A stretch of DNA of 64,000 nt from positions 11,341-75,340 of the forward strand of contig JBFFSH010000001.1 in assembly GCA_041572575.1 (NCBI GenBank). The letters run 5' to 3'. Of this stretch, positions 28,635 through 39,451 are shown one piece after another. Below the pieces are notes generated by a model. The model searched no databases, was not told where the DNA came from, and was given only the letters and a program-made list of their open reading frames with translations. Made by a program: the position numbers and the translations under genes. Positions within the stretch are counted from its first letter, which is position 1. Each line of letters opens with the position of its first letter. The DNA is from Thermodesulfobacteriota bacterium. Lineage in GTDB: Bacteria; Desulfobacterota_D; UBA1144; Nemesobacterales; N074bin48.

Positions 28635-30438
28635 GACCTATGCTTAAGAAAAATTGAAATCTGTCAATCTCTGGCTCAGGATTTAAAGTATAACCAAAAT
28701 CAACCCTCAAAGGGCCTATTATAGTATCAAACCTAAGACCTGTGCCCACTGCATATTTTATTTCTCCGAAATCGAAATCAAATTCGTCGGGGAATACATT
28801 TCCATAATCAAAAAACAGCACTCCTCCAAGTTTTTTATAGATCGGAAATCTTCCTTCAAGATTACCAAGTAAAAGTGTGTTTCCACCCACGGGCTCACTA
28901 CCACTGTCAAGCGGGCCAAGCTCCTGAAAAGGGAACCCCCTCATAGTTGTGCTGCCGCCTGTAAAAAATCTCTTAAATATAGGAACATCCAGACTATCGG
29001 TACTGCCAAACGGCTGTATCAACCCTATATCCAGTCTTTTTGCAAAAACAATGTTTTTATATTCTTTATATCCGATAAATTCAAGAACGCTTGTAATAAA
29101 ATCTTCATCAGACCCTAAAACCCCTAGAGACGACTCGATATTAAAACTCAGACTCCTTCCACTTGTGGGGTTAAGCGGGTTATCAACTGTGCTGTGGTCT
29201 AGCCCGGCACTTAAAAAAGTAAGGAAATAACCATCATCCTCTACAAAATCAGAAGTAGAACCGGATATTTCCGATAATCGAGACAGCTGGATATCAAAAG
29301 AACTGTAAAAATTTATATTATTGTATATTTTCTTCTTAATCTTATTAGAAAAATTGAGGCTCTCTGAGGTGTAGCTTGGAAAATCATCCCTTGAAGTAGA
29401 AAGAGTAGAGATAAAATCCATGTCTCTGTCAAATAAATAAGGCTGAATTAGTGAAGCGCTTAAGCGCTGAGTAAGAAACGAAAATTTGCCTGAAACCTCT
29501 AAGTCTCTTGCACCACCGAACAGATTTTTATGGTTCCATATAATCTGTCCTCGGAAAAGGTCTTCGGTGCCAAAACCTACTCCAACCTTTACACTCCCAA
29601 GTTTCCGTTGTTCAACACTTATTACGGTATCAACGACTTTTTGCTCCTCATTAAATACAGGATCAATCACAACGGATTTGAAATACCCAAGACCAAATAT
29701 TGCAAGCCTTGTCCTGTCGAGCATTGTTAGAGAATATTCATCACCCGACTTATATAAAATCTCTCTCGATATAATCTTATCGTCTATGTCCTTATTACCC
29801 TTAATGGATACAGTGCCAAAGTAATATTTATACCCCCTGTTAACAGAAATATCTACCTTAGCCCATTTATCTTCCCTGTTTACAAGCGCCTCGGATTTTA
29901 TTTCAGCAAAAGGATAGCCTTTATTTGAAAAATAGTTCGCAATAATATTCTTTGTTTTTTGATACTCTCTTTGCGAGAAATCTTCATTGGACATTACAGT
30001 AGCTGCATCCAAAAGCTCGGCATACTCTTCATCCAATAGTTTTGGCTTCACATCCAGTACAAAATCTTTTACAACCGTTTTTTCGCCACGATCTATATCT
30101 ATTATCACATCAACAAAGTCATCATTTTTTTGCTCAATTAGATATTCTATTTTTACATCATAAAATCCATATTCTTTATATAAATTAGATATCCGTATTA
30201 CATCTTCCTTTAATATTTCTTCGTCAAATACGGGTTTTTTCTTCCAGGGTAAAAACGATGGAAATTCTGTTGCCATATTCTCGGTAATCTCTTTTTTAGA
30301 TACAGCACCAATGTTATTTAATTTGATTTTGGAAATATATATTTCACCCGGCTCATCTTGAGAAAAAACAGGAAAAGGACACAAGAATATAGAGATACAA
30401 TATATTAGTAAGAAATATTTATATGATAAATTCATCAC
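28624..30438 (-). CDS. tamA: Omp85-family outer-membrane protein TamA/BamA-like (POTRA domains plus beta-barrel).
   Basis: Signal peptide, POTRA-like repeats, C-terminal beta-barrel ending in an aromatic residue (...SIGHAF). Directly upstream of tamB. Confidence 0.75.
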   Translation of the reverse strand: MMNLSYKYFLLIYCISIFLCPFPVFSQDEPGEIYISKIKLNNIGAVSKKEITENMATEFPSFLPWKKKPVFDEEILKEDVIRISNLYKEYGFYDVKIEYLIEQKNDDFVDVIIDIDRGEKTVVKDFVLDVKPKLLDEEYAELLDAATVMSNEDFSQREYQKTKNIIANYFSNKGYPFAEIKSEALVNREDKWAKVDISVNRGYKYYFGTVSIKGNKDIDDKIISREILYKSGDEYSLTMLDRTRLAIFGLGYFKSVVIDPVFNEEQKVVDTVISVEQRKLGSVKVGVGFGTEDLFRGQIIWNHKNLFGGARDLEVSGKFSFLTQRLSASLIQPYLFDRDMDFISTLSTSRDDFPSYTSESLNFSNKIKKKIYNNINFYSSFDIQLSRLSEISGSTSDFVEDDGYFLTFLSAGLDHSTVDNPLNPTSGRSLSFNIESSLGVLGSDEDFITSVLEFIGYKEYKNIVFAKRLDIGLIQPFGSTDSLDVPIFKRFFTGGSTTMRGFPFQELGPLDSGSEPVGGNTLLLGNLEGRFPIYKKLGGVLFFDYGNVFPDEFDFDFGEIKYAVGTGLRFDTIIGPLRVDFGYTLNPEPEIDRFQFFLSIGHAF

Positions 30439-30574
30439 CCAAGCTAATATTATAACAATTCCGATAATTACTTAAGAGAATAACGGACTGTATTAAAATG
30501 ATAAGGTAAAATATCAGCCGCAATGAAGTTTAGCAACAGAGATGGAATAAAGCAATTAATTACTTCGCTAAATA

Positions 30575-31309
30575 CTAATCAAACTGCCTTATTTGAGGGA
30601 AAGCAAAGAATTTTTCAAGATCAAGCAATATTAATAGTTCATCATTAAATTCACAAACTCCATGTAAAAAAGGAGCAATTTTATCATCTACCTTTGCTTC
30701 GGTATTCATAATTGAATCCTTTGGAACATTATATATCTGATTTACCTGATCAACTATAATAGCAGAGCTTATTTCTTCATCCAAAGAACGTATAACAAGC
30801 ATTCTTCCCGAATCAAATCTATCCATCTTGGGAATACCCAAATATGTGCCAAGATCAACAACCGAAACAATCTCCCCTCTAATGTTAGTTACACCTCTTA
30901 CCCATACGGGAAGATTTGGTACCGGGGTAACATTGCTGAGAGTTCCTATTTCCAGCACATTTAAAATAGGTATGCCATACATTTTATTTGACAGCGTAAA
31001 TACAATATACTTCTGCTCGTCTATATCCTCTGCCTGAGCTTCTTCTCCAAAGTCAGACATTATTACCTGCCCATAATTCTGCTGTATGGAAGAGTCTATT
31101 TCTGAAATCAGTTTGTCGAGTTCATCACTATCTGAAGATAAATCACTACTGCTACTGCTGCCAATAGATTCTGTAGTCTGTCTGATATTTGCACTCTGAA
31201 AAACACTATTTTGGAGCTCTATGTCTTCGAGATGAAGGTCTTTGGACATAGTTTCTGAAGAGGTGCTTTCACTATTGCTGTTATTATTGGAATCTTTATT
31301 ATCAGACAT
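30575..31309 (-). CDS. CheW-like domain protein with an about 90-aa Ser/Asp/Asn-rich acidic N-terminal extension.
   Basis: CheW core KYIVFTLSNKMYGIPILNVLEI...VWVRGVTNIRGEIVSVVDLGTYLG. Confidence 0.75.
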   Translation of the reverse strand: MSDNKDSNNNSNSESTSSETMSKDLHLEDIELQNSVFQSANIRQTTESIGSSSSSDLSSDSDELDKLISEIDSSIQQNYGQVIMSDFGEEAQAEDIDEQKYIVFTLSNKMYGIPILNVLEIGTLSNVTPVPNLPVWVRGVTNIRGEIVSVVDLGTYLGIPKMDRFDSGRMLVIRSLDEEISSAIIVDQVNQIYNVPKDSIMNTEAKVDDKIAPFLHGVCEFNDELLILLDLEKFFAFPQIRQFD

Positions 31310-31356
31310 AATATTAGTTCTCCGTCTTTATATTATTATATAATTTAATGATTTGT

Positions 31357-31935
31357 TTAAAATTTAATCTTAGAAGCCATCTCTCTTAATTCATCTATAT
31401 GAATTAAATATATTTCCTGCCACTGCTTCTTTATTAAATCTGATCTAAAGCTCGATTCAAACAAACTGAAATAGGACTGAATGATATTTAGAAGAGCTTC
31501 TCGAATTTCATCAAAAATCGGCTGCCGGTCTGATGGATGACTAGCCCAGCCCTTAAATAAATTTATGACAGTATCAGGTGATAATCTATTTTCTTTCAGA
31601 TACAGCAGCTTTATATTTGGATAGTTTTCACTCTGCGATACTAAAAGCTTTTGCAGATAAGATGAATTAACCCTTAACTTTTTTTCGGCAAACCCTACAA
31701 CCTGATTTACCAGATCACACAGTAGTCTTAATCCTTCCTTAGGATCTTTTATTATCTTGTCTTCGGTAAGCTTTACAGTAATAACCTGATTATTTGATAG
31801 AAGCAGCATTAGTTGTTCTTCCAAAGCTGTATCCTGCTGTAACGCTACTTTTGAACTATCATCAGCCATGTTATTTTCACCCTGATTAATACCGCTATTT
31901 TCTTCTGCTTTATTAAATGGCATTCTAAGCTTCAT
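31357..31935 (-). CDS. Hypothetical protein, 192 aa, middle gene of the MshEN-REC/CheW operon.
   Basis: ORF track. It abuts the upstream stop. The true start may be an internal Met (MADDSS). Confidence 0.5.
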   Translation of the reverse strand: MKLRMPFNKAEENSGINQGENNMADDSSKVALQQDTALEEQLMLLLSNNQVITVKLTEDKIIKDPKEGLRLLCDLVNQVVGFAEKKLRVNSSYLQKLLVSQSENYPNIKLLYLKENRLSPDTVINLFKGWASHPSDRQPIFDEIREALLNIIQSYFSLFESSFRSDLIKKQWQEIYLIHIDELREMASKIKF

Positions 31936-34029
31936 TTATGCTGTACCCGCAACACTTACACCCTGTTTTTTTATGGCACTCACAAGTGAGTTTGGTTCAA
32001 ATGGTTTAGTAATATAATCCGTAGCACCTACCAATTTACCCCTCATTTTATCAATGATTCCGTCTTTACCTGAAAGCATTATTACCGGTACTTCTTTTGT
32101 AAGCTCGTTACCCTTGATTATCTTGCAAAGTTGATACCCATCCATATGGGGCAAGTTAATATCTAGAAAGATAATATCAGGTATGAATTCATTTAACTTT
32201 GCTAACGCCTGCATTGCATTTGATGATACTTCTACCTGGTAACCGTGCCTGCTAAGAGTAACAGAAACTATTTTTTGTACAGTAGGGCTGTCATCAACCA
32301 CTAAAATTGTAGGTTTCGATACAGTATCTGCTGGTTGAGCATATTGATCCTGAACTGGAATAACCGGCTCATTTACCGGTGGTGGTGGAGGTGGTATGTC
32401 CGGCTCTACTTCCCTAAGCTCAGGCTTTGGAGGTTCAGCACTTACTGTTGTACCTACATGATTTCCATTACTGTCAATGGTCTTATTAAACGATTCAATA
32501 TTATCATAAGAAGAATCTTCATTTAGTGATCTTAAGTCGGTTTCATTATTTACAGGTGGGACAACATTTCCAATCTCACTCTCTTTCTGCCCGGGAATTT
32601 GGAAGAGGTCTTCCACTTCTTTACCGGGATCAGCAGATTGGGTAGGGGCTGTGGCCCCTGGTTGAGAATCAGCTGCATCAGGTGCTAAATCTGTTTCTGT
32701 ACCTGCACTTTCTGTCTGCATAGTGGGAATTGTAAAAACATCTTTGTTATCAGGAACTTCTATCTGATCAGTTATTTCTTCAGCTTCCAGGCTCAGTTCT
32801 ATTGTCTTATCATCATCCTCTTCACTTGCTGATTGGCTGCTTGAAAATACGTTTAACTCCGGGCTGCTATCTTGCGCTTGTGGAGGTACAGGTATGTTAA
32901 TTGGCTCAGATTTTTGTGATTCTACAGGCTGAAAACCAACTGTAGCCCCAGCCTGTTCTGCAGGAGCCTGAAATAGACTCTGTTCTCCACCTGCCGTACT
33001 AGCTGGTTCACTTTCAGTCTGTTCACTATGCGGCCGCGCATCTACTTCACGACTCTCAGCCGGCGGCTGAAAAAGATTACTCGAGCTATCAGAGCTTTGT
33101 AATGATATATTTTCAAAGCTGCTATCCGAACTCTGTTTTACCCCTCTTACATAATCATCATCTTTTGCAAATACATCAATTATTTCATTTTGATTTGGTT
33201 TTTCATCAGTTGCTTGTGGTTGAGGTTGTGGAGATTGACCGGGAAACTGAGGCTCATCAATTTGTGGTGGTTGAGCTTGAGATTCAGGCTCTGTAGTAAG
33301 CGATGAAGCTAGAGTATCTGCAGTTTCTGTTTTTTCTGATGATACCTGTGGAGACGCTGTAAAAACAGAATGATCTGTCTGTTGAGATTGTGATACTGGC
33401 GGCTCCGGATAGCTTTGTGGTTGCGTTTCAATTTGCGGCTCTGGCTCAGGTTGTGCTGGTTCGGACGGTGCTTGTGCAGCAACTTCAGGTTCAGGCTCTG
33501 ATGGTTGTACTATTTGTTGTTCCTCAGGTTTTTGAACAATAGTTTGTTCTTGTTCAGCTTTTTGCAATGGTTCAGGTTCTTGCTTTTGTACAACCTGTTC
33601 AGCATCAATGTTATGATGATTTACAAGCGCGCTTTTAATACTACTAAATTCTGCTATATATGGTTTTATATTGTGTCCTGTCAAAAATCTTAACTCATCA
33701 ATCAGTACAATATTTGTAGGATCAATCATTGCAACACTCAAGAATGCCCCTTCTAAATCAAATGGAATCAGGTTATTATCGACGGCCGTGTCCTGAGGGA
33801 TTAGCTTTATGACTGATGGCTCAATATTTATCGCTGAAAGGTCTACTCTGGGGAATTGATTGTCTATATTAGTAAGTTCAACAAGTTGAGACTCGGTAAT
33901 ATAACCTTTTCTAATTAATATTTCACCGAGTGATTTATTATTGTTCTTTTGCTCTTCTACAGCTTCTTTTAGGTTATCAAGAGATAAATAACCCTTTTCA
34001 ATAAACAGTTTGGCTAGTTTAACATTCAT
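31936..34029 (-). CDS. Multidomain signalling protein: N-terminal T2SS-E/PilB N-terminal (MshEN-like) domain, about 400-aa Pro/Gln/Glu/Ser-rich disordered linker, and C-terminal CheY-like receiver domain.
   Basis: The N-terminal KLAKLFIEKGYLSLDNLKEAVEEQ...SLGEILIRKGYITESQLVELTN...TNIVLIDELRFLTGHNI matches the PilB/GspE N-domain. The C-terminal ILVVDDSPTV...IIFLDINLPHMDG...VIMLSGKDG...ITKPF is a complete REC domain. Confidence 0.75.
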   Translation of the reverse strand: MNVKLAKLFIEKGYLSLDNLKEAVEEQKNNNKSLGEILIRKGYITESQLVELTNIDNQFPRVDLSAINIEPSVIKLIPQDTAVDNNLIPFDLEGAFLSVAMIDPTNIVLIDELRFLTGHNIKPYIAEFSSIKSALVNHHNIDAEQVVQKQEPEPLQKAEQEQTIVQKPEEQQIVQPSEPEPEVAAQAPSEPAQPEPEPQIETQPQSYPEPPVSQSQQTDHSVFTASPQVSSEKTETADTLASSLTTEPESQAQPPQIDEPQFPGQSPQPQPQATDEKPNQNEIIDVFAKDDDYVRGVKQSSDSSFENISLQSSDSSSNLFQPPAESREVDARPHSEQTESEPASTAGGEQSLFQAPAEQAGATVGFQPVESQKSEPINIPVPPQAQDSSPELNVFSSSQSASEEDDDKTIELSLEAEEITDQIEVPDNKDVFTIPTMQTESAGTETDLAPDAADSQPGATAPTQSADPGKEVEDLFQIPGQKESEIGNVVPPVNNETDLRSLNEDSSYDNIESFNKTIDSNGNHVGTTVSAEPPKPELREVEPDIPPPPPPVNEPVIPVQDQYAQPADTVSKPTILVVDDSPTVQKIVSVTLSRHGYQVEVSSNAMQALAKLNEFIPDIIFLDINLPHMDGYQLCKIIKGNELTKEVPVIMLSGKDGIIDKMRGKLVGATDYITKPFEPNSLVSAIKKQGVSVAGTA

Positions 34030-34422
34030 TCCATTGAGTCCTTAATATGTGCTTAATCTATAGTTTTGTTACACTTTTTTTATATATTTATATATCTAGC
34101 AAGAATTATGCCAATTCAGGAAATAAAATTCCCTATAATATACAGTAAATTAGTATACATAATTATAGTAAATTATAAATTTGAGCACCCCACTCTAATT
34201 TCAAAAACCTGTCTTATTATAACATCATATTAATTAGAAATAAACGCTTATATAATTTCTTATCCAATAATTCAGATTCGATTTCTTTAATAATAACAAT
34301 AAACTTTTTATATTAATCTGTAATTTGAACTGTTTTTGTATAATTTTTAATACAGTCTGCTTAATTTTTATGCATTAAAAATTTTATTTAATTTACAAAA
34401 TATAATGATATTAGATGTTTAA

Positions 34423-34827
<405 letters not shown>

Positions 34828-34881
34828 TAGATTATTACAGCATTTGAAAATAACTTTATAAATTACAAGGAGGAAGGTTAG

Positions 34882-36333
34882 ATGGCAAAATCTACCAAAG
34901 GCGGCGCTCAGAGTCCGCCAAACAATGCAAATGATGTTCTTAAGCTTGTAAAAGATGAGAACATTCAGATTATAGACTTTAGGTTTCTCGATTTTGTGGG
35001 GATGTGGCAGCATTTCAGTACACCCACACATGAATTGGACAAAGAAGCATTCGAAGAAGGACTGGGTTTTGATGGATCAAGCATCAGAGGTTGGCAGTCA
35101 ATTCACGCAAGCGATATGCTAATGATACCGGATCCCAAAACTGCCAGAATTGATCCATTCACTAATATACCAACTCTCGCATTAATATGTGATATTGTAG
35201 ATCCAATAACAAGAGAGCCTTATTCAAGAGACCCGAGAAACATAGCCAAAAAAGCTGTTTCTTACCTCCAGAGCACAGGAATTGCTGACACAGCTTATTT
35301 TGGACCTGAGCTGGAATTCTTTATTTTAGACGATGTTAGATATGACCAGACAGCAAACACCGGATACTATTTTGTAGATTCAGTAGAAGGTATCTGGAAC
35401 TCAGGCACGGATGAAGGACCAAACCTTGGTTATAAACCAAGACATAAAGAAGGTTATTTCCCCTGCCCTCCTACAGACAGCTATCAGGACCTAAGATCCG
35501 AAATGGTTTTAGAGATGGAAAATCTTGGTATAGCAGTCGAAGCTCATCACCACGAAGTATCAACAGCGGGTCAGGCTGAGATAGACATGCGTTTTTCCCC
35601 TCTTGTTGATATGGGCGACAATATGATGTGGTATAAATATATTTGCAGAAATGTAGCAAGAAAATATGGTAAAACAGTTACATTTATGCCAAAGGTTATA
35701 TTCGAAGATAATGGTTCAGGAATGCACATACATCAGTCACTCTGGAAAAAAGGCAAACCACTTTTTGCAGGAAACAGCTACGCAGGAATGAGCGAAATGG
35801 CAATGCATTATATTGGTGGAATACTAAAACATGCTAAAGCTATCTGTGCTTTTTCCAATCCAACAACAAACTCTTACAGAAGACTTGTACCAGGGTTTGA
35901 AGCTCCTGTTAACCTTGCATATTCGGCAAGAAACAGAAGTGCTGCAGTAAGAATTCCTATGTACTCTCCAAGTCCTAAAGCTAAAAGACTTGAAACAAGA
36001 TTCCCAGACCCATCAGCAAACGGATACCTTACATTCTCTGCAATGCTTATGGCTGGCCTTGATGGAATCGAGAACAAAATTGATCCGGGTGATCCTCTCG
36101 ATAAAGACATTTACTCACTTGGACCTGAGGAACTGGAGGGTATCCCTTATGTTCCAGGTTCGCTCGAAGAAGCTCTTAACTCACTTAAAGAAGATCATGA
36201 ATTCCTTACAAAAGGTGACACATTCACAGATGATGTAGTTGAAACATGGATTGACTACAAGATGGAAAATGAAGTTAATCCTGTGAAGCTAAGACCAGTA
36301 CCTCATGAGTTCATGCTTTACTTTGATGTGTAA
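34882..36333 (+). CDS. glnA: Glutamine synthetase type I.
   Basis: 483 aa. GS beta-grasp and catalytic domains ([32 protein letters not shown]). Confidence 0.9.
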   Translation: MAKSTKGGAQSPPNNANDVLKLVKDENIQIIDFRFLDFVGMWQHFSTPTHELDKEAFEEGLGFDGSSIRGWQSIHASDMLMIPDPKTARIDPFTNIPTLALICDIVDPITREPYSRDPRNIAKKAVSYLQSTGIADTAYFGPELEFFILDDVRYDQTANTGYYFVDSVEGIWNSGTDEGPNLGYKPRHKEGYFPCPPTDSYQDLRSEMVLEMENLGIAVEAHHHEVSTAGQAEIDMRFSPLVDMGDNMMWYKYICRNVARKYGKTVTFMPKVIFEDNGSGMHIHQSLWKKGKPLFAGNSYAGMSEMAMHYIGGILKHAKAICAFSNPTTNSYRRLVPGFEAPVNLAYSARNRSAAVRIPMYSPSPKAKRLETRFPDPSANGYLTFSAMLMAGLDGIENKIDPGDPLDKDIYSLGPEELEGIPYVPGSLEEALNSLKEDHEFLTKGDTFTDDVVETWIDYKMENEVNPVKLRPVPHEFMLYFDV

Positions 36334-36362
36334 TTAATTAGAGAATAAAGTTTTTAGATAAC

Positions 36363-36394
36363 AAAAAAAGGCGGCCAAACGGTCGCCTTTTTTT
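36363..36394. terminator. Bidirectional Rho-independent terminator between the convergent glnA and nuoL genes.
   Basis: A7-GGCGGCC-aaac-GGTCGCC-T7. 7-bp GC-rich stem with one G-U pair, flanked by A and T runs. Confidence 0.75.
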
Positions 36395-36549
36395 ATGCCT
36401 AATTCAAATTTTCTATTATCCGTTAGCAGTCTGCAAAAATCAGAAGTAGCAAAAGTTACACAACAAAAGGTTAAAATACCACTATGATGAACTAACCCCT
36501 AATATAGATCAGATGATCATGCAGGAAAAATTATTGATGTACTTATTGC

Positions 36550-38511
36550 TTAGAAAGTTGAAAATATTATATATAGAATAAGAATAAGACCCGCAGTCAT
36601 AACAGCTGCATAGGCTCTTACAAGACCAAACTGAAACTTCCTTACAAAAGTTGATAGGCATGAGAAAAAGCCTGCGATTCTGTTTACAAGCCCATCAACA
36701 ATATTTGAGTCAAACCAAAATGACATCTTTGATGACTCTTTAAACCCGTCTATAAATGTATGCTCATAAACCTCGTCCATATACCATTTGGAGTTGGAAG
36801 CGTTGAACAGAAAGCCAAAGTCCTCATTTGCTGTAATCTTGCTAAGATGTTTAGGCCTATAAATATAGAAATAATAGGCAAGCCCAATTCCCAAAACAGC
36901 TGCAACAATGGAAAGTATAAGTAGATCCATGTGGCTAAAGAAGTGATGACTAACTGCTGATGCATGATGCTGTTCAAGAGGTATAGCTGCCCAGATAAAC
37001 TCTTTAAACTTGTTTACATGGTGCAGTCCAAACATCTCACCAATAAAATCCGGCACGCCAACATAACCGCCTATTACTGATAGAACAGCCAGTACAATCA
37101 AAGGAATTGTCATAGTACTTGGAGATTCATGAAGCTTTTTCATTATATTAGCAGGAACCCTGCTCTTTCCTTCAAAAGTTAGGAAATATAGGCGCATCAT
37201 ATAAAGTGCAGTGAGCATTGCCGTAACAAGTGCTACTGCCCAGTGAATCGCAAATCCTTTTTCGTACAGTTCACCAAGTATCTGATCTTTTGAAAAGAAG
37301 CCTGAGAGAAGAGGTAGGCCTGAAATTGCTAAAGTACCTACAAGAAAAGTCTTGGAAGTTATAGGAAGATATTTCCGAAGCCCCCCCATCTTTCTTACAT
37401 CCTGCTCATCAGACATTGCATGTATTACGCTACCAGCACCAAGAAATAAAAGTGCTTTAAAGAATGCGTGGGTTACTAAGTGAAACATACCAGCGGCATA
37501 GGCGCCGATTCCCACACCCATGAACATAAAACCAAGCTGGCTCACGGTAGAATATGCCAGTACCTTTTTAATATCGGTCTGGCTAAGGGCAATCGTTGCA
37601 GCAAAAAACGCAGTAAATACAGCAATTGTTACAACTATGAATTGCGCTACAGGAGAAGCACTGAAAAATACGGCACACCTTGTAACCATATAAACCCCTG
37701 CAGTTACCATGGTTGCCGCATGAATAAGAGCACTAACCGGTGTTGGTCCTGCCATGGCATCTGGAAGCCACACATAGAGTGGGAACTGTGCCGATTTACC
37801 AACAGCTCCTACAAAAAGCAGAAGCGCTATTGCTGTGATTGTTATAGCTGGGATATTATTTAAAATTGCCTGACTTGAAGCCTGAGAAAAAACGTCTGCA
37901 TAACTAAGAGAGCCAAAAGTTATGAAAATAAGAAATATCGCTATGAGAAAACCAAAGTCACCTATTCTGTTTACTATAAATGCCTTTCTTCCGGCAAGGG
38001 CCTTCTGATCATCATCATACCAAAAACCAATTAACAGATAAGAAGCAAGCCCAACTCCTTCCCAGCCTACAAACATGAGCGGGAAGTTATTACCGAGTAC
38101 AAGAACCAGCATGAAGAAAACAAATAGGTTTAGGTAAGTAAAATATCTGGCGTATGATTTATCATGGCTCATATACCCAATCGAATAGACATGAATCAAA
38201 AACCCAACCCAAGTTATTACTAGAGTCATAATTGCTGAAATATTATCAAAAAGAAAACCAAACTTTATATCCAGCTCACCAGATACTATCCAGGAAAATG
38301 AGGTTTCGACTATGCCGGTTAATCCTTCCGACCCAACAAGAGTATAGAACATATATGTAGCAATAAGGGCAGAAAAGAGGATCGAGCTGCAGGCAATAAC
38401 ACTAACAATGCTTTTTTCAGATTTATGGTCTTGTTTTATTAAACCTGTAGTAAAAAGCAGGCCGTTTATAGCAGCTCCAATAAGTGGAAGTAATATAATT
38501 AAAAATAGCAT
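36550..38511 (-). CDS. nuoL: NADH-quinone oxidoreductase subunit L.
   Basis: 653 aa polytopic antiporter-like subunit. Follows nuoK. Confidence 0.85.
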   Translation of the reverse strand: MLFLIILLPLIGAAINGLLFTTGLIKQDHKSEKSIVSVIACSSILFSALIATYMFYTLVGSEGLTGIVETSFSWIVSGELDIKFGFLFDNISAIMTLVITWVGFLIHVYSIGYMSHDKSYARYFTYLNLFVFFMLVLVLGNNFPLMFVGWEGVGLASYLLIGFWYDDDQKALAGRKAFIVNRIGDFGFLIAIFLIFITFGSLSYADVFSQASSQAILNNIPAITITAIALLLFVGAVGKSAQFPLYVWLPDAMAGPTPVSALIHAATMVTAGVYMVTRCAVFFSASPVAQFIVVTIAVFTAFFAATIALSQTDIKKVLAYSTVSQLGFMFMGVGIGAYAAGMFHLVTHAFFKALLFLGAGSVIHAMSDEQDVRKMGGLRKYLPITSKTFLVGTLAISGLPLLSGFFSKDQILGELYEKGFAIHWAVALVTAMLTALYMMRLYFLTFEGKSRVPANIMKKLHESPSTMTIPLIVLAVLSVIGGYVGVPDFIGEMFGLHHVNKFKEFIWAAIPLEQHHASAVSHHFFSHMDLLILSIVAAVLGIGLAYYFYIYRPKHLSKITANEDFGFLFNASNSKWYMDEVYEHTFIDGFKESSKMSFWFDSNIVDGLVNRIAGFFSCLSTFVRKFQFGLVRAYAAVMTAGLILILYIIFSTF

Positions 38512-38521
38512 TTTTTTGTAT

Positions 38522-38827
38522 TTAACCTTTAAGTAACTTCAGTACATCTATATTAATAGTCTCTTTATTATGATAAATAGATACCACTAGAGCTAAACCA
38601 ACTGCAACCTCACATGCTGCAACTACTAAAGACATAAGCATAAAAACCTGTCCAGTGTTATCGCCATGAAACCTCGAAAAACTCACAAGCGCCAGATTTG
38701 CCGCGTTTAGCATTAGCTCAAGTGACATAAGGACTATAATTAAATTTTTTCTTGTGATTACACCAAAAGCACCTATCACAAAGAGCATAAAGCTTAGCAG
38801 AACGTAGTGGTTTATTGTAACTTCCAT
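38522..38827 (-). CDS. nuoK: NADH-quinone oxidoreductase subunit K.
   Basis: 101 aa with 3 TM helices. Typical NuoK/ND4L. Confidence 0.85.
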   Translation of the reverse strand: MEVTINHYVLLSFMLFVIGAFGVITRKNLIIVLMSLELMLNAANLALVSFSRFHGDNTGQVFMLMSLVVAACEVAVGLALVVSIYHNKETINIDVLKLLKG

Positions 38828-39340
38828 CTAATCTGCGCTCCTTTTTGAAAGTACAATCACACCGATTATTGCAATTAAAATCAGAACGGATGTAAGCTCA
38901 AAAGGCAGTATATAATAAGTAAAAATGCTGGTGCCCACGTTTTCAACAGAGCCGTAATCTTCTGAAACTGAAATATCGGATAACTTGGCAGGTTTTGAGG
39001 TTCCAATCACCACATTTTGCACTATCATTGCAGTTATAAATAGCACTGCAAGAGCAGAGCTTACCTTTAGAGGAACATTCTGTGCATCAAAATTAAGTGA
39101 TTCATCCCTAAGGATCAAAAACATCACAGTAAACATGAATAGCACCATTATGGCACCTGCATAAACGAGAATCTGCACCACAGCCACAAACTGAGCTGAT
39201 AGCATAATATAAAGCACAGAGGTATTAAACAGAGTAAGAACAAGTGCAACTATACTTGCTACAGGGTTGCGGTTAACAACCACGGCAATAGAGCTTGCAA
39301 GCACAGCACACGCAAAGAAATAAAATAAATATGTGTCCAA
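38828..39340 (-). CDS. nuoJ: NADH-quinone oxidoreductase subunit J.
   Basis: 170 aa membrane protein. Abuts nuoK. Confidence 0.8.
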   Translation of the reverse strand: MDTYLFYFFACAVLASSIAVVVNRNPVASIVALVLTLFNTSVLYIMLSAQFVAVVQILVYAGAIMVLFMFTVMFLILRDESLNFDAQNVPLKVSSALAVLFITAMIVQNVVIGTSKPAKLSDISVSEDYGSVENVGTSIFTYYILPFELTSVLILIAIIGVIVLSKRSAD

Positions 39341-39451
39341 TTATTTAAGTCCTGATTATTAGTTCCGGAAAAAAATTTACGTTAGATTATATATGGTATA
39401 TGCGGTAGTCAACCCTTGAATTAGTTTTTTTTAGGAAATTGCAGATAAACC

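Noticed and set aside
32335-33693. Plus-strand ORFs inside the MshEN-REC gene, and a possible DNA-level tandem repeat in the Pro/Gln-rich linker
   Set aside because: The ORFs are antisense. The linker is compositionally biased (CCAGAACC/CAACC-type codons) but I could not identify an exact periodic tandem repeat by eye.
37480-37863. Cys/His-rich 127-aa plus-strand ORF (CWSCHGIWKPH...) that looks metal-binding
   Set aside because: Entirely antisense within nuoL. The Cys/His richness reflects the reverse complement of hydrophobic codons. Not supported as a gene.
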